From Candidatus Saccharimonadota bacterium (GTDB taxonomy: Bacteria; Patescibacteriota; Gracilibacteria; BD1-5; UBA2023), in the NCBI GenBank assembly GCA_963706795.1, contig OY970170.1, positions 1,230,001-1,262,000 on the forward strand: DNA of 32,000 nucleotides, written 5' to 3'. Below are positions 19,781 through 29,848 of this stretch, one piece after another (position 1 is the first letter of the stretch; every line of letters starts with the position of its first letter). The notes below the pieces were generated by a model. It was not told where the DNA came from. It made no database searches and saw only the letters and a program-made list of their open reading frames with translations. The translations under genes and the position numbers were made by a program.

Positions 19781-20671
19781 ATGAAAGTCTTTCCACTCGC
19801 AACGATTCTATGAGGAAGCCTTCTCACTGGAGTAACGTATTTTGCTAATCCAGACTCAGGAAGTCACGCATTGACCCAAGAGGTAAAAGCAAAGGTAAGC
19901 AATACTTCATCGTGGAGGGATTCGCCATTTGCTCATGGACAAAAATCCTCTAAACAGTGAGAGGTTTTAAGCCCTGAATGAGATGACCCTTTGGTTTGGC
20001 TCGATGCACATCGAACAGTAAAAATGCGCATACAGGGAACTTCTTGGTATCGTGATTACCTCACTTGAAAGCTGGATAAAGAACTATTTAAAAGAAATCT
20101 CGCAGATGCTCATTCGATAGAGCTTTCACTCGAAGCAAACCAATGAATGCTCGAAAAAATACAGCATCAAGAATGGTGGCACAGATACCTCACAGGAAAG
20201 ACCGAACCACATTTTATGCTCGTAAGTGTCATTTGAGCATTCATACAAAATGAACAATTCGAAAAAGGGAATCCTGAGATAGTTGCAAAGATACGAAAAG
20301 ATCCACGCTGGCAAAATACGCTACTCAATCCCACAGATACCAATGTGCTCGCACAAAATATCATCATCTCTGAGCTCATAACAAATGCAATGGATATCAA
20401 CAATAATCCACAATTGCAGGAGAGGCTCTTGAAATATGGTTTTACCCAAGATGACTTTTATACAGCTGGCTGGGAAAAAACTGAATGAGTTTTTAGCGTC
20501 TTCCGTGACATCAGCATTATTGAAGATCTCAATATGTGGTCCGCGCTAGAGAGAAAGACATTCCTAGAAACGGACATATGAAAAGCCTATTTAGAAGGGA
20601 AAATTGAACCAAGCATTGCACTCACGCATATGTCAAAAATCTCGGATACATTGATGCATGGTAGCAAGTAG
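19781..20671 (+). CDS. Hypothetical secreted/membrane-anchored protein (296 aa), invisible in the standard code
   Basis: A 297-codon frame from ATG 19781 to TAG 20669-20671 has no TAA or TAG but eight in-frame TGAs (19811, 19958, 19979, 20066, 20144, 20234, 20486, 20579). The N-terminus is MKVFPLATILGGSLLTGVTYF. A terminator follows directly. The track shows only short antisense ORFs here. Confidence 0.7.
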
Positions 20672-20685
20672 ATGGCATCAAAAAA

Positions 20686-20715
20686 AAAGATCAGTCCGAG
20701 GACTGATCTTTTTTA
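20686..20715. terminator. Bidirectional rho-independent terminator
   Basis: AAAGATCAGTC cgag GACTGATCTTT: an 11-bp perfect stem preceded by an A-run and followed by a T-run, between convergent genes. Confidence 0.8.
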
Positions 20716-22845
20716 CTACGAAACTTCTTCTCATTCTGGTGGAGTATTTTTAGCATTCATGATCTTATGGATCCTATTCCCTACTATCGTTCCGAGGAGT
20801 TCTTTGTAGCGTTTTCTTTCGGGATTTACACGGGTCTTGCGACTTGGGAGAGCAGAATGAATAACAAGATCAAGTTTTTGCTCCTCGGTCATCGTCTTTT
20901 TGTAGTTCACCATATTGCGACTCGCGCGACAAGCAAAGGCGTCAATTCGGCCGTAAAAACCTGACTCTTCAGCTCGGATACGGAGATCATCCAGGGTTTG
21001 TCCACTATTCGTATTGTCATCGAAGATGAGTAGCCAGTTCTGATCTCGCATTTGATGCCTCGTATCATCATCAATAATAGACTTTTGCATGACCTCGGCG
21101 ATGGGATAGTCAGCCAGCTTGAGGAATGAATTGGCATTTTTGACGTCATAGATCGAATAGACGATATTTCAGACATTCGCGAGCACCTGGCCACTATTCA
21201 CTGACTTCGAAAAAACGTATTTTGCATAGAGCCCAGTGAGCGCGCCACCATAGTTTACGCCCATGATATGCAGGACATCCTTTGTAGGCTTATAGCCCTT
21301 TTGGATAATCATATTAAGTGCATTTTGGGCAGTCTTGATCATCACGAGTGGATCGTTTTCTTCTCTATAGAGACGAATGATCTTTTTGAGTGCCTTCTCA
21401 TGGACGATTGTATTTTGAGGCTTCGTCGTTTTTTGTTTCTTTTGAGCTCGCTTCTCGCCGTCAGCCACATAGCTGTCCATGAGCTTAAAATATGACTCGA
21501 GGAGTTGTAAAATATCTACAAATTCAGCACGCATCATATCGGTTTTACCCGTGTTGATCTCAGGGAGTTTATTTGGGATTTCTCAAACAATCTTCACATG
21601 TGCTATGTCGTTGTTTCAGAGCATTATATCCATCGAATACCCCACATGACTATCGAGCATACTCAATAAGGCATAATGTCAGTCTTCGTCTCATCGAAGA
21701 GTTTCCTGAAGCTTTTTAAACTCTGCAAATTCGTGCGGACTAGTACTCTTGATATGACGAACTTCATCGCGCTTAAACACGAGACTTCCCTCGTAGTCAG
21801 GATTAAGGAATTGCTCACTATAGAGAAGCTGAGCAGCATTCTGCATGAATGCCAGCATATTAATCTTCGCATCCAAAAGTCCGAGAAGAATCTTCTTCAT
21901 CGACTTATGCGTGTTAATTTTTATATACTTGTTGAAGATCTTGTCTATATCAAGCGCAAAAGTCACCTTCGCATGCTGTAAAAGCAAACTTTGATTCGAG
22001 AGAAATTTGAGAATATGATGGAATAAATGCGCCGTCGGAGTCTTGGCAAAATCCTGGACCATATTACGAAGCTGCTCAAGACCTTGCAGTGTCTGGATTC
22101 ACTGCGTAGTAAAAAGATTGTCTAATTCTTGGTTTGAAGTTTGATTCTTTTTTTTGAGTTTCCGCTCCAAACGTCTCAGATCACCTGGAGCCAAAAGATT
22201 AAAAATATCCCGCGAGAAATCATCCAGATTATGCGTCAGCCCGTTCCAAAGCATCTCTTCGTAATAGGTGCTAAATAGTCGAATATTCTGATCGATCGAA
22301 TTATAGTGAGCCAGGAAATCATGCTTAAAACCATCCATATTTACATCGAGCACATCATGGTCATTGATCGACGAAAACCGCTCCTTGGTATCTACCAATA
22401 CACTCGGAAACTGGAAATAGTATTTTTGGTTTCGAAATATGAGATTGCTGCCATGTTTATAGACAAAATCATTCTTGAGATTGAGCAAATACGCCTCATG
22501 AAGCCAATGAGATCACTCAATCGGGTTACCGTCCTTGTCTAGACTTACAAACAAACCTGTGAGCTCATTTATGTCCTCTTTGTTTAATTTGATAGCTCCA
22601 TCTACATGGAAATATTCTTTAAGGAGTGAATTAATTTCATCACCTGCGAGAACATCCAATGAGCGCTGTTTTATATAATCAGTTATCCCTGTAAGCTTAT
22701 TTTCAAAAGGAATACTGAGCTTTTTAATGCGCTCAGATTCACTCATTTCATCCTTGGAGAGCTCATCTGAGATTGCAAAGAGTACCTCAGGAGTGAGTTC
22801 TACACTTGGCTCGTCAGGAGATGAGACGATATGGAAATTTTTCAT
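20716..22845 (-). CDS. Large (709 aa) protein with an unknown approx. 500-aa N-terminal region and a C-terminal type I phosphoribosyltransferase-like domain
   Basis: Fragments ending at 22845, 22488, 22062, 21537 and 21090 are all in one frame, joined by eight TGAs. The stop is TAG 20716-20718. The C-terminal region carries VLHIMGVNYGGALTGLYAKYVF and the PRPP-loop-like WLLIFDDNTNSGQTLDDL (four hydrophobic residues, D-D, x-x-x-S-G-x-T). Confidence 0.7.
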
Positions 22846-22974
22846 TGGGATGCTAAAATTTGTATTGGTAGATGAGGAGGTTTGTTATTGTAAGGAGAGA
22901 GTGGAATCTTTTAAATCGGAATTTATTTTTGGAAGGAGGAATTAATGAATTGGTAAGTATTGTAAATGAAGAGA

Positions 22975-23015
22975 AACACGGACCATATTCACTCAGCGTA
23001 AATATGGTCCGTGTT
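22975..23015 (-). terminator. Strong hairpin ending the R-M/defence operon
   Basis: A perfect 15-bp stem, AACACGGACCATATT (22975-22989) / AATATGGTCCGTGTT (23001-23015), with an 11-nt loop, 15 nt downstream of the GNAT stop. The downstream T-tract is poor (TCTCTTCATTT). Confidence 0.5.
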
Positions 23016-23029
23016 AATCGACAACATCA

Positions 23030-23500
23030 CTAGTGATCTCAAAGTTTCTTCCAAAACTCCACCGTCGTTTTCTGCATGCCAGCATCTAAATAAAATCGCT
23101 GTGAAAGCTCATTTTCAAAATCTGTGTGGGTTGTGAGGTGATCACACCCTCTTGTTATTAATTCCTGTTCAAGAGCCTGAAAAAGCTTGCCTGCGAAGCC
23201 CTTACCTCGGAGATCAGATCTCACGAATACTTCATCCACATAACCGAGTTTGCAAAACCTATGGTTCTTGCGTTCATGAACCGATCACTGCACAAATCAA
23301 CCCACTTCATCGTTGTCAGTTATCGCCACAAATATAATCTCGTCATCAAGATCGGATTCCTTTAGTGGCAAATAAGGATTTACTCGCTCATGAAAATCCT
23401 GATTTTCTTTAGAAAAAATCTGGGAGCGATAGAGATTGAGCTCATCCATGAGGAGCTGGATTCACTGGATGTCGAATTTGGTGGCTTTGCGGATGAGCAT
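23030..23500 (-). CDS. GNAT-family N-acetyltransferase (156 aa)
   Basis: ATG 23500 gives MLIRKATKFDIQ-[TGA]-IQLLMDEL...FVAITDNDEVG-[TGA]-FVQ-[TGA]-SVHE...GYVDEVFVRSDLRGKGFAGKLFQALEQELITRG. This is the GNAT motif A, R-x-x-G-x-G/A. After TGA 23039 come two codons, then TAG 23030-23032. Confidence 0.8.
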
Positions 23501-23526
23501 TGGGAGAGGTGAGACTGAGATATAAC

Positions 23527-26500
23527 CTATTTTGAAAGCTCTTGAGCTAATAATTCGCTCTGTTCAATCACACGATCAGCCTCAATCTTTGCGAGGTCTG
23601 GTGGATACCCATAGCGCATGAGCACTTTTTTTACCGTGAGACGAAGTTGAGCGCGAACATCATCACGTTTGTTCCAGTCGACTGTAGCATTCTTTCGAAT
23701 GATATCTACGATCATATGGATCAATTCCTTCATCTTATGATCCTCCAGAAATTCTGTCGATGTGTTCTGCGAAAGTATAGAATAAAATGCATATTCTTCG
23801 GGGGTGAGACCAATCTCCTTTGCTCGCATATCCTCAATCCTCATATCGCGTGCAATCTGTGAAAGTTCCTCGATAATCTGTGCTGTATCGAGTTGATTGT
23901 TATGGTAACGCTTAATCACATTTCCAAGCATTTCAGAGAACTTTTTCCCTTGAGCAACATTCTTTTGTTTGCGAACCTTCACCTCCTCAGTGAGAAGTTT
24001 TTTAAGGAGTTCAAAAGCAAGATTTTTGTGCTCCATGTTTTTCACTTCTAATAGAAATTCCTCTGACAGAATCTCAAGTGAAGGAGCTTTGATTCCTGCT
24101 GCTTCAAAAATATCTACCACTCAATCCGAAGACAAAGCTTCTTCGACAATCTGTCGGATCGCCGTATTTACCTCTGCATCACTTTTTCAACCAGTAGGTG
24201 AGAATTTATTGATTCGTGATTTAATAGCCTGAAAGAAGGCAATATGATCCTTGATTTGTTCCGCCGCAACACTCGGTACAGCCATTACAAAGAGTTTTGA
24301 AAGCGCAGACACTTCAGCGAGGAATCGATTCTGTGTATCTTCACTTCGAAGGATGAAGTTTTGTGCAGCGAGCAACACATGAAGCTTCTTTCAGGTTTCA
24401 GCAGTGAAATACGACTGATAATCGAATCCGTGAAACATCTGAGAAACAATCTCGAATTTTGTTCGCATCCCAGCTATTACCTCCGCAATATCCAATACTG
24501 CTTGCCCCTGTCACCCATTGTCCGTATACGTCGACATCGCATTTCGCAGATCTTGTCCGATACCGATATAATCAACAATCAATCATCCTGGCTTATCTTT
24601 GTAAACGCGGTTCACACGTGCAATTGCCTGCATAAGGTTTGCACCTTCCATTTTCTTGTCGATGTACATCGTATGGAGCGACGGTGCGTCAAATCCTGTC
24701 AGCCACATGGACTGTACGATCACGAGTTGCAGGGAATCATTCGGATCTTTGAGCCTAAGGGCTAATGCCTTGCGCTCATCCTTGGTAGTGTGATGTGGCT
24801 GGAAATCTTCAGGATCATCTGTTGAGCTCGTCATCACGATCTTCAAGAAACCCTTCGTAAGATCCTGATCATGCCATTCAGGTCTGAGTTTCACAATCTC
24901 AGTATATAGGTTCACTGCGATCTGTCGTGTCATACACACGATCATCCCCTTTCCTTCGAAGATAGCCTGACGCGCTTCAAAGTGATCAACGATATCCTTC
25001 GCAATATCCCTCAATCTATCTGGATGCCCCACGATACTATCGATCTGTGCATTGCGTTTTTTTGCTTTCTCTTTCTGCTCAGGTGTTGCATCTTCGATCT
25101 CATCGATCGCTATATCGATCTGAGCAACAGCCGCATCGTTCATCTTGATCTTCACAAGTCGACTCTCATAACTAATCGGCACAGTTGCGCCATCTTGAAC
25201 CGCCTGTGCGATATCGTAGATATCCACATATCCACCAAATACTGCAGGTGTAGACTTATCTTCCTTCTCGATCGGAGTACCCGTGAATCCTATGAAAGAA
25301 GCCTGAGGAAGCGCATCTCTCATATACTTTGCATTCCCGTACTTGATCTCGCCATCAAGATCAACCTTTCCCGTGAAACCATACTGACTTCGATGCGCCT
25401 CATCTGCAACCACTACAACGTTTGAACGATCCGTAAGAACCTCGAAAGAATTCTGCCCATCTTCAGGATAGAATTTCTGAATTGTCGTGAAAATAATCCC
25501 ACCACCTGATACTTTGAGAAGCTCCTTCAAATGCGCACGATTATTCGCCTGGACTGGTTTTTGTCGCAGGAGGGAGACACAGTTCCCAAATGTTTGAAAT
25601 AGCTGTTCATCGAGATCATTACGATCCGTGAGTATCACGATCGTAGGATTCTTCATCGCAGGTTCTACAACGAGTCTTCCAGCATAGAAGACCATGGAGA
25701 GTGACTTCCCAGATCATTGAGTATGCCACACAACCCCAATCTTCTTGTCACCATCTTCTGCAGTGGCACGCAAGGTTTCCTTCACTGCCTTCTCCATCGC
25801 GTAATACTGATGATACGCAGCAACTTTTTTGATCTTGATTACAGAGAGCACTCCCGTTTCTTTATTCTTTACTTCTTCAGCTTCAAATACTGTATTGTAT
25901 CTGATCAATTCGAGCAGAGTTTTCTTCTCGAACATTCGCTCCGCCAAGATCTGAAGCTCAGGCAATACCCCATTTTCCTTCTTCTCAGGTGATTTCCACA
26001 CGAGATAACGTGAGAACGGTGCAGAGACACTCGACACTCGTGCATCGAGCCCGTCAGAGATCACGCAAAGTGCATTGTAATAGAACACAGAAGGAACCGC
26101 CTTCTTGTAGTTCTGAATCTGTGTGAAAGCTCGCTCCAATGTAGCATCCTCATCCATTGTATTCTTGAGCTCAACCACGACAAGTGGGAGTCAATTCACA
26201 AACAACACAACATCCAGTCGCTTTTCATTGTTATTTTCCTTTACTACGAACTGATTCACCACACAGAAGTGGTTATTCTCTGGATTCACAAAATCCACCA
26301 AGTTCACACTCACCCCCTTCGACTGCCCATCCGTGAAATACTCCACCACTACCCCATCCGTTAACATCTGATGAAATACCTCGTTGTTCATCATTAGATC
26401 ATCCGAATCAAAGCGACGAATCTTTGAAAGTGCTTCGATTCGAGCAGATTCTGGGATGTGAGGATTGAGACGGTCGATAGATGTAGTTAGTACCGTATCT

Positions 26501-26640
26501 AAAATAACGCCGTCAAAACTCGAACGCATAGGGGTTGAGCTGTATGGAGAGATATCTGGACCATAGAAATACTCGTAGCCCTGAGATTTGAGGAGATCTA
26601 CGAGGTTTTGTTCGATGGAAGATTCGGTAAGGTGGGGCAT
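23527..26640 (-). CDS. hsdR: Type I restriction enzyme R subunit (1037 aa)
   Basis: Five track fragments (ends 26640, 26178, 25695, 24378, 24120) lie in one frame, joined by seven TGAs (26191, 25714, 24583, 24511, 24391, 24187, 24121). Motifs are VLFVN-[TGA]-LPLVVVELK, VVWHTQ-[TGA][12 protein letters not shown] (helicase motif I), [13 protein letters not shown] (DEAH), [18 protein letters not shown], and KPG-[TGA]-LIVDYIGI. The helical C-terminal region is typical of HsdR. Stop is TAG 23527-23529. Confidence 0.95.
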
Positions 26641-26644
26641 AGAC

Positions 26645-27196
26645 TTATATATGAAGTTCTTGAGGTAAGAATCTATTTATTTCATTATCTGACCAAGTAA
26701 ATTCTTCATCTCTATTCTGTTTTCATAACAAAGATAACTGAGCCTCAGTGTAATCAGTATATGTTGTTTGTGAGGATAGTCAGACAATAATTTGATACTG
26801 TTCCTGATATAAATCTCTTCTTCAAATCGTTTCATCTTCGCTCAAACCACCTATAATATCAACTATAAAGTTTTTATATTTATCTCTCAAGTTTAGAAAT
26901 TGCAGTGCAATTTTTTTAAACTCCTGTGCTCTTTGTTCTATAGAAAATTCTTTCTGGAGGAATAAGAAAATTATCTCAGAAACCGTTAATGCAACAGATA
27001 CACCTCCAAAAATATTACTGTCTGGAAATTTAATCTGTAAAATAAGGAATACTAGAATCAAGAAAACATCAATGATGTTTACCCACTTAATCAATCATTG
27101 AACTTTTTCTAGTCTATCACACGCTTTTTCATAAACCTTGTGATTAAAGACGCATTGAGCAAATTGCTGTCTTACCACTGAAAGATTTCTATTCAT
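26645..27196 (-). CDS. SLATT-like two-transmembrane effector protein (183 aa)
   Basis: ATG 27196 lies 11 nt after the nucleotidyltransferase stop. The N-terminal helix is MNRNLSVVRQQFAQCVFNHKVYEKACDRLEKVQ. Two hydrophobic helices follow (WVNIIDVFLILVFLILQI and IFGGVSVALTVSEIIFLFL), then a helical tail EQRAQEFKKIALQFLNLRDKYKNFIVDI. There are four in-frame TGAs (27095, 26822, 26780, 26723). Stop is TAA 26645-26647, 4 nt before the hsdR ATG. The architecture and the neighbouring gene fit the SLATT family. The family call is an inference. Confidence 0.55.
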
Positions 27197-27207
27197 ATTT
27201 TAGAAGA

Positions 27208-28086
27208 TTATCATGTAAATTTTGATCAAAATATTTCCCTCCATTTTTGATTAGCAGAATATTCCTTTGCCTCCGATTCATACTGCATAGCCTCTATCGC
27301 TAAGTTATATGCCAATTTTGCCTTGTACTCAAACTTTCATCCCCTCCATACGTACTGACCACTTCAAGGTGCAAGCCAGTAAGATTTATCCTCATCCTGT
27401 TCTTTAAGGAATTTAAAGAAATCCCTTACCATCCAATCATAATACAAATAAGATTTATCCTTTTGCGCCCAATTCTTCATAAAATGATAGCATAATGTAT
27501 CAATCAAAAGCCCTCACATTGGTACATTCCAATAATCTTTCCATACCCTAGTAATTCTGCATAGTCTTTTTAAATTAAAATTCCAGTCTTCATTCTTCTC
27601 CCTAATTTCCTTAATCTCAGGTTTTGGATTTGTCTTCTTCCAAGAACCTCAATCGTTTGAATCAGGAAAAGTATAACTATCGTCAGTTTTAATAAAGGCA
27701 GGTACTATTTCAAAACAGATTCAATCATTCCAGTTGATTCAAATAACTTGTCCATCCCCTTTTATATGTGTTGTAGGATATGTTTTCTGTAATGATGATC
27801 TAATTGCTTGCAACAATGCAGACTGTCAGTTTCCAGTATAATTGTTATACGTTTCATACAGTGAATCTGGAAGTTGAAAAATTACATCAATGTCACTTAC
27901 ATGTATGTCTGTATCTCTACCATAAGATCATACGTATAGACTATGGCTATATTCTGATTCTGTGGACCAAAAATCTTTATTTAATCTCTTTGTGATAGAT
28001 CTATAGCGTACTGAAATCGTATCTATATTATCAATATCGATACGAATATTATCGCAGAAATTTTCAAATTTAGTTGTAATAGACAT
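27208..28086 (-). CDS. SMODS / CD-NTase-like nucleotidyltransferase (292 aa), candidate second-messenger synthase
   Basis: There is no ORF in the track. The minus frame from ATG 28086 to TAA 27208-27210 has ten in-frame TGAs and no TAA or TAG. The translation contains HSLYV-[TGA 27928-27930]-SYGRDTDIHVSDIDVIFQLP, the pol-beta-fold G-S ... D-x-D motif. It continues GDGQVIGINWNDGICFEIVPAFIKTDDSYTFPDSNDGGSWKKTNPKPE, which supplies the third acidic residue on the strand ending in VP and the W-x-x-TNP block. This is the pattern of SMODS/CBASS cyclases. Confidence 0.75.
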
Positions 28087-28099
28087 AGATTAACAAGAA

Positions 28100-29332
28100 C
28101 TAAATTAAAGATGGTAAAATTTCTCCGCTCATCAACCTTGGCAATAGCTCATCGCGAGTTCTCGAGAGCAATGCTACTTGAGCTAAGTTATTATAGATTT
28201 TTCGAAAAATTGGCTTAACTTTCTCATCAAATCCCCTTACTCTCTCAATATTTGGAACAAGCACCTCAAGTTCTTTTATCATGGTCGAATTAATCGCTGT
28301 GACTATCGATGAAGTACTTCATAGTGAGTTGAAATCCAGTTTCTGAAGATAGCAATATATAAATTCGGTACTCAATGCAGAGTTGCCCTTGATTTTCAGG
28401 TGAGCAATTGCTTCATTTGAGAGCATCTCTTCGGTGGTAATCGTTAGTTTACCGACAGTCATTTTGAAACTCAATATCGTTGTATTGATAGGAATTACTG
28501 AGATATTGAATTTCTTAATTGCCTCATCTATCAGATATTCTGAAGTTTCAAAAATATATGTTTTACTATTTCCGATATCCTTTATAGAAATCCACTTTTT
28601 CCCTGTTGGAGATTTTGAAAACCACTCCGGTTGAATACGAGGAGGAGTTCTTCAGATTGTAATATCAAACTCCGTCCCTAATTTTCCTACTCTCCAACCC
28701 TCCGGCAACTCATCATCTACGCCATACTTCCCAAATAACTCCTGAAAAATTGTCTGCGCAGTTTTCTCAAGTGTCTCATTTTGCTCTCGAAGAAGTTCGA
28801 TCTTATCATCGAAACTTGAAAGTATTTGAGCGATTGCTTGTTGTTCAGGGAGAGAAGGAAGAAGAATAGGATATTCAGTAATTTGTCTCTGGCTTATATG
28901 CGGGATAGATGTTCCAGTATGAACCTTTGCTACATAGGATTCAAAATTCTTATTTAGAATGAGATGTGCTATGAAATGCTGATCTGAGATTCATGGTTTC
29001 CTTCTTAAACATGCTACTCGCTGAGCCAATATTAGTGGCAGTTCTTTTTCTTGAACCATAGACCTATTTTTTCCAACCTTTGATCCATCCATTCAAATTA
29101 CTATGTCATCTTTTTGTAAGAAACACTTTTCCAATCCATCCGTAGAATGATTCCAATACTTCACAATATCCCATCTAAGAAATCATTCCGAGACATTTTC
29201 TCATCTTACGACTCTCAAATTTCAATTCGAATCATATAAATTTCACTTGAATGATTCTCACGTAAAAATATCCACAACCTTCCCCAAAGTCGTCTCCATC
29301 CACCCTTCAGGAATCATTTTTTCATTTCTCAT
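28100..29332 (-). CDS. hsdS: Type I restriction-modification specificity subunit (410 aa)
   Basis: ATG 29332. There are nine in-frame TGAs. Two target-recognition halves are each introduced by P-E-G-W (MIPEGWMETTLGKVVDIFTG and ELPEGWRVGKLGTEFDITIG). The conserved central helix is LPSLPEQQAIAQILSSFDDKIELLREQNETLEKTAQTIF, and the C-terminal one is LLSRTRDELLPRLMSGEI. Stop is TAG 28100-28102. Confidence 0.9.
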
Positions 29333-29333
29333 A

Positions 29334-29804
29334 CTACTTTTGAGGATTACTCATTTGATTAAGTACGCTATCCACCGCCTTTCATGGTAAGTTTATATCT
29401 CCTGTGTTAGTTCATGGAGTGTTTACTTTCTCAGCAATGTTCTCATAATCTGGCGTAACTTTATAATTTCCTCGATTACTCCTATAAAGCTTCCAATTCT
29501 GTGCCCATTCAATCGCAGTATCTCGGAAACTTTTGTCTATCTTACCGTAATTTACAAGTGTCTCTGAGCCTCAAAATCAGATAGTCATAAATGTTACGAG
29601 ATAGGCCACAGTAATCACCCCGACTTTGTTCTTAAACCATTCAACTTTTGTAGTCAGAAGATATGTCAGAAAAACGAGCAAACAAGCGATTCCGATTGCT
29701 ATAAGCCAGAAGATGATCGTGAATACCGCATAAATAATCACCGCGAGGATTACAATTCCTATCACTCATTGTTCTACGAATCTTTCTTTTCATTTTCGAC
29801 CCAT
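29334..29804 (-). CDS. Small membrane protein (156 aa) with 2-3 TM helices and a soluble C-terminal tail, unknown function
   Basis: The frame of track ORF 29577-29765 extends to ATG 29804 and through TGAs to TAG 29334-29336, which is 1 nt before the hsdS ATG. The hydrophobic core is VIGIVILAVIIYAVFTIIFWLIAIGIACLLVFLTYLL ... VGVITVAYLVTFMTI. Confidence 0.6.
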
Positions 29805-29848
29805 ACTACTTTTGGTTATCAGACAAAGGTTTATGCACTTCAAATAAT

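Noticed and set aside
23030-23500. The GNAT gene as the toxin of a GNAT/RHH toxin-antitoxin pair.
   Set aside because: There is no small adjacent antitoxin ORF. hsdR ends 26 nt upstream, and a hairpin and intergenic DNA follow downstream. It is listed only as an acetyltransferase at the operon end.
26645-28086. The SMODS-SLATT pair as a mobile-element insertion.
   Set aside because: I could not find a transposase, an integrase, flanking inverted or direct repeats, or a tRNA target. The gene junctions are operon-like at 4-13 nt. An old insertion cannot be excluded without comparative data.
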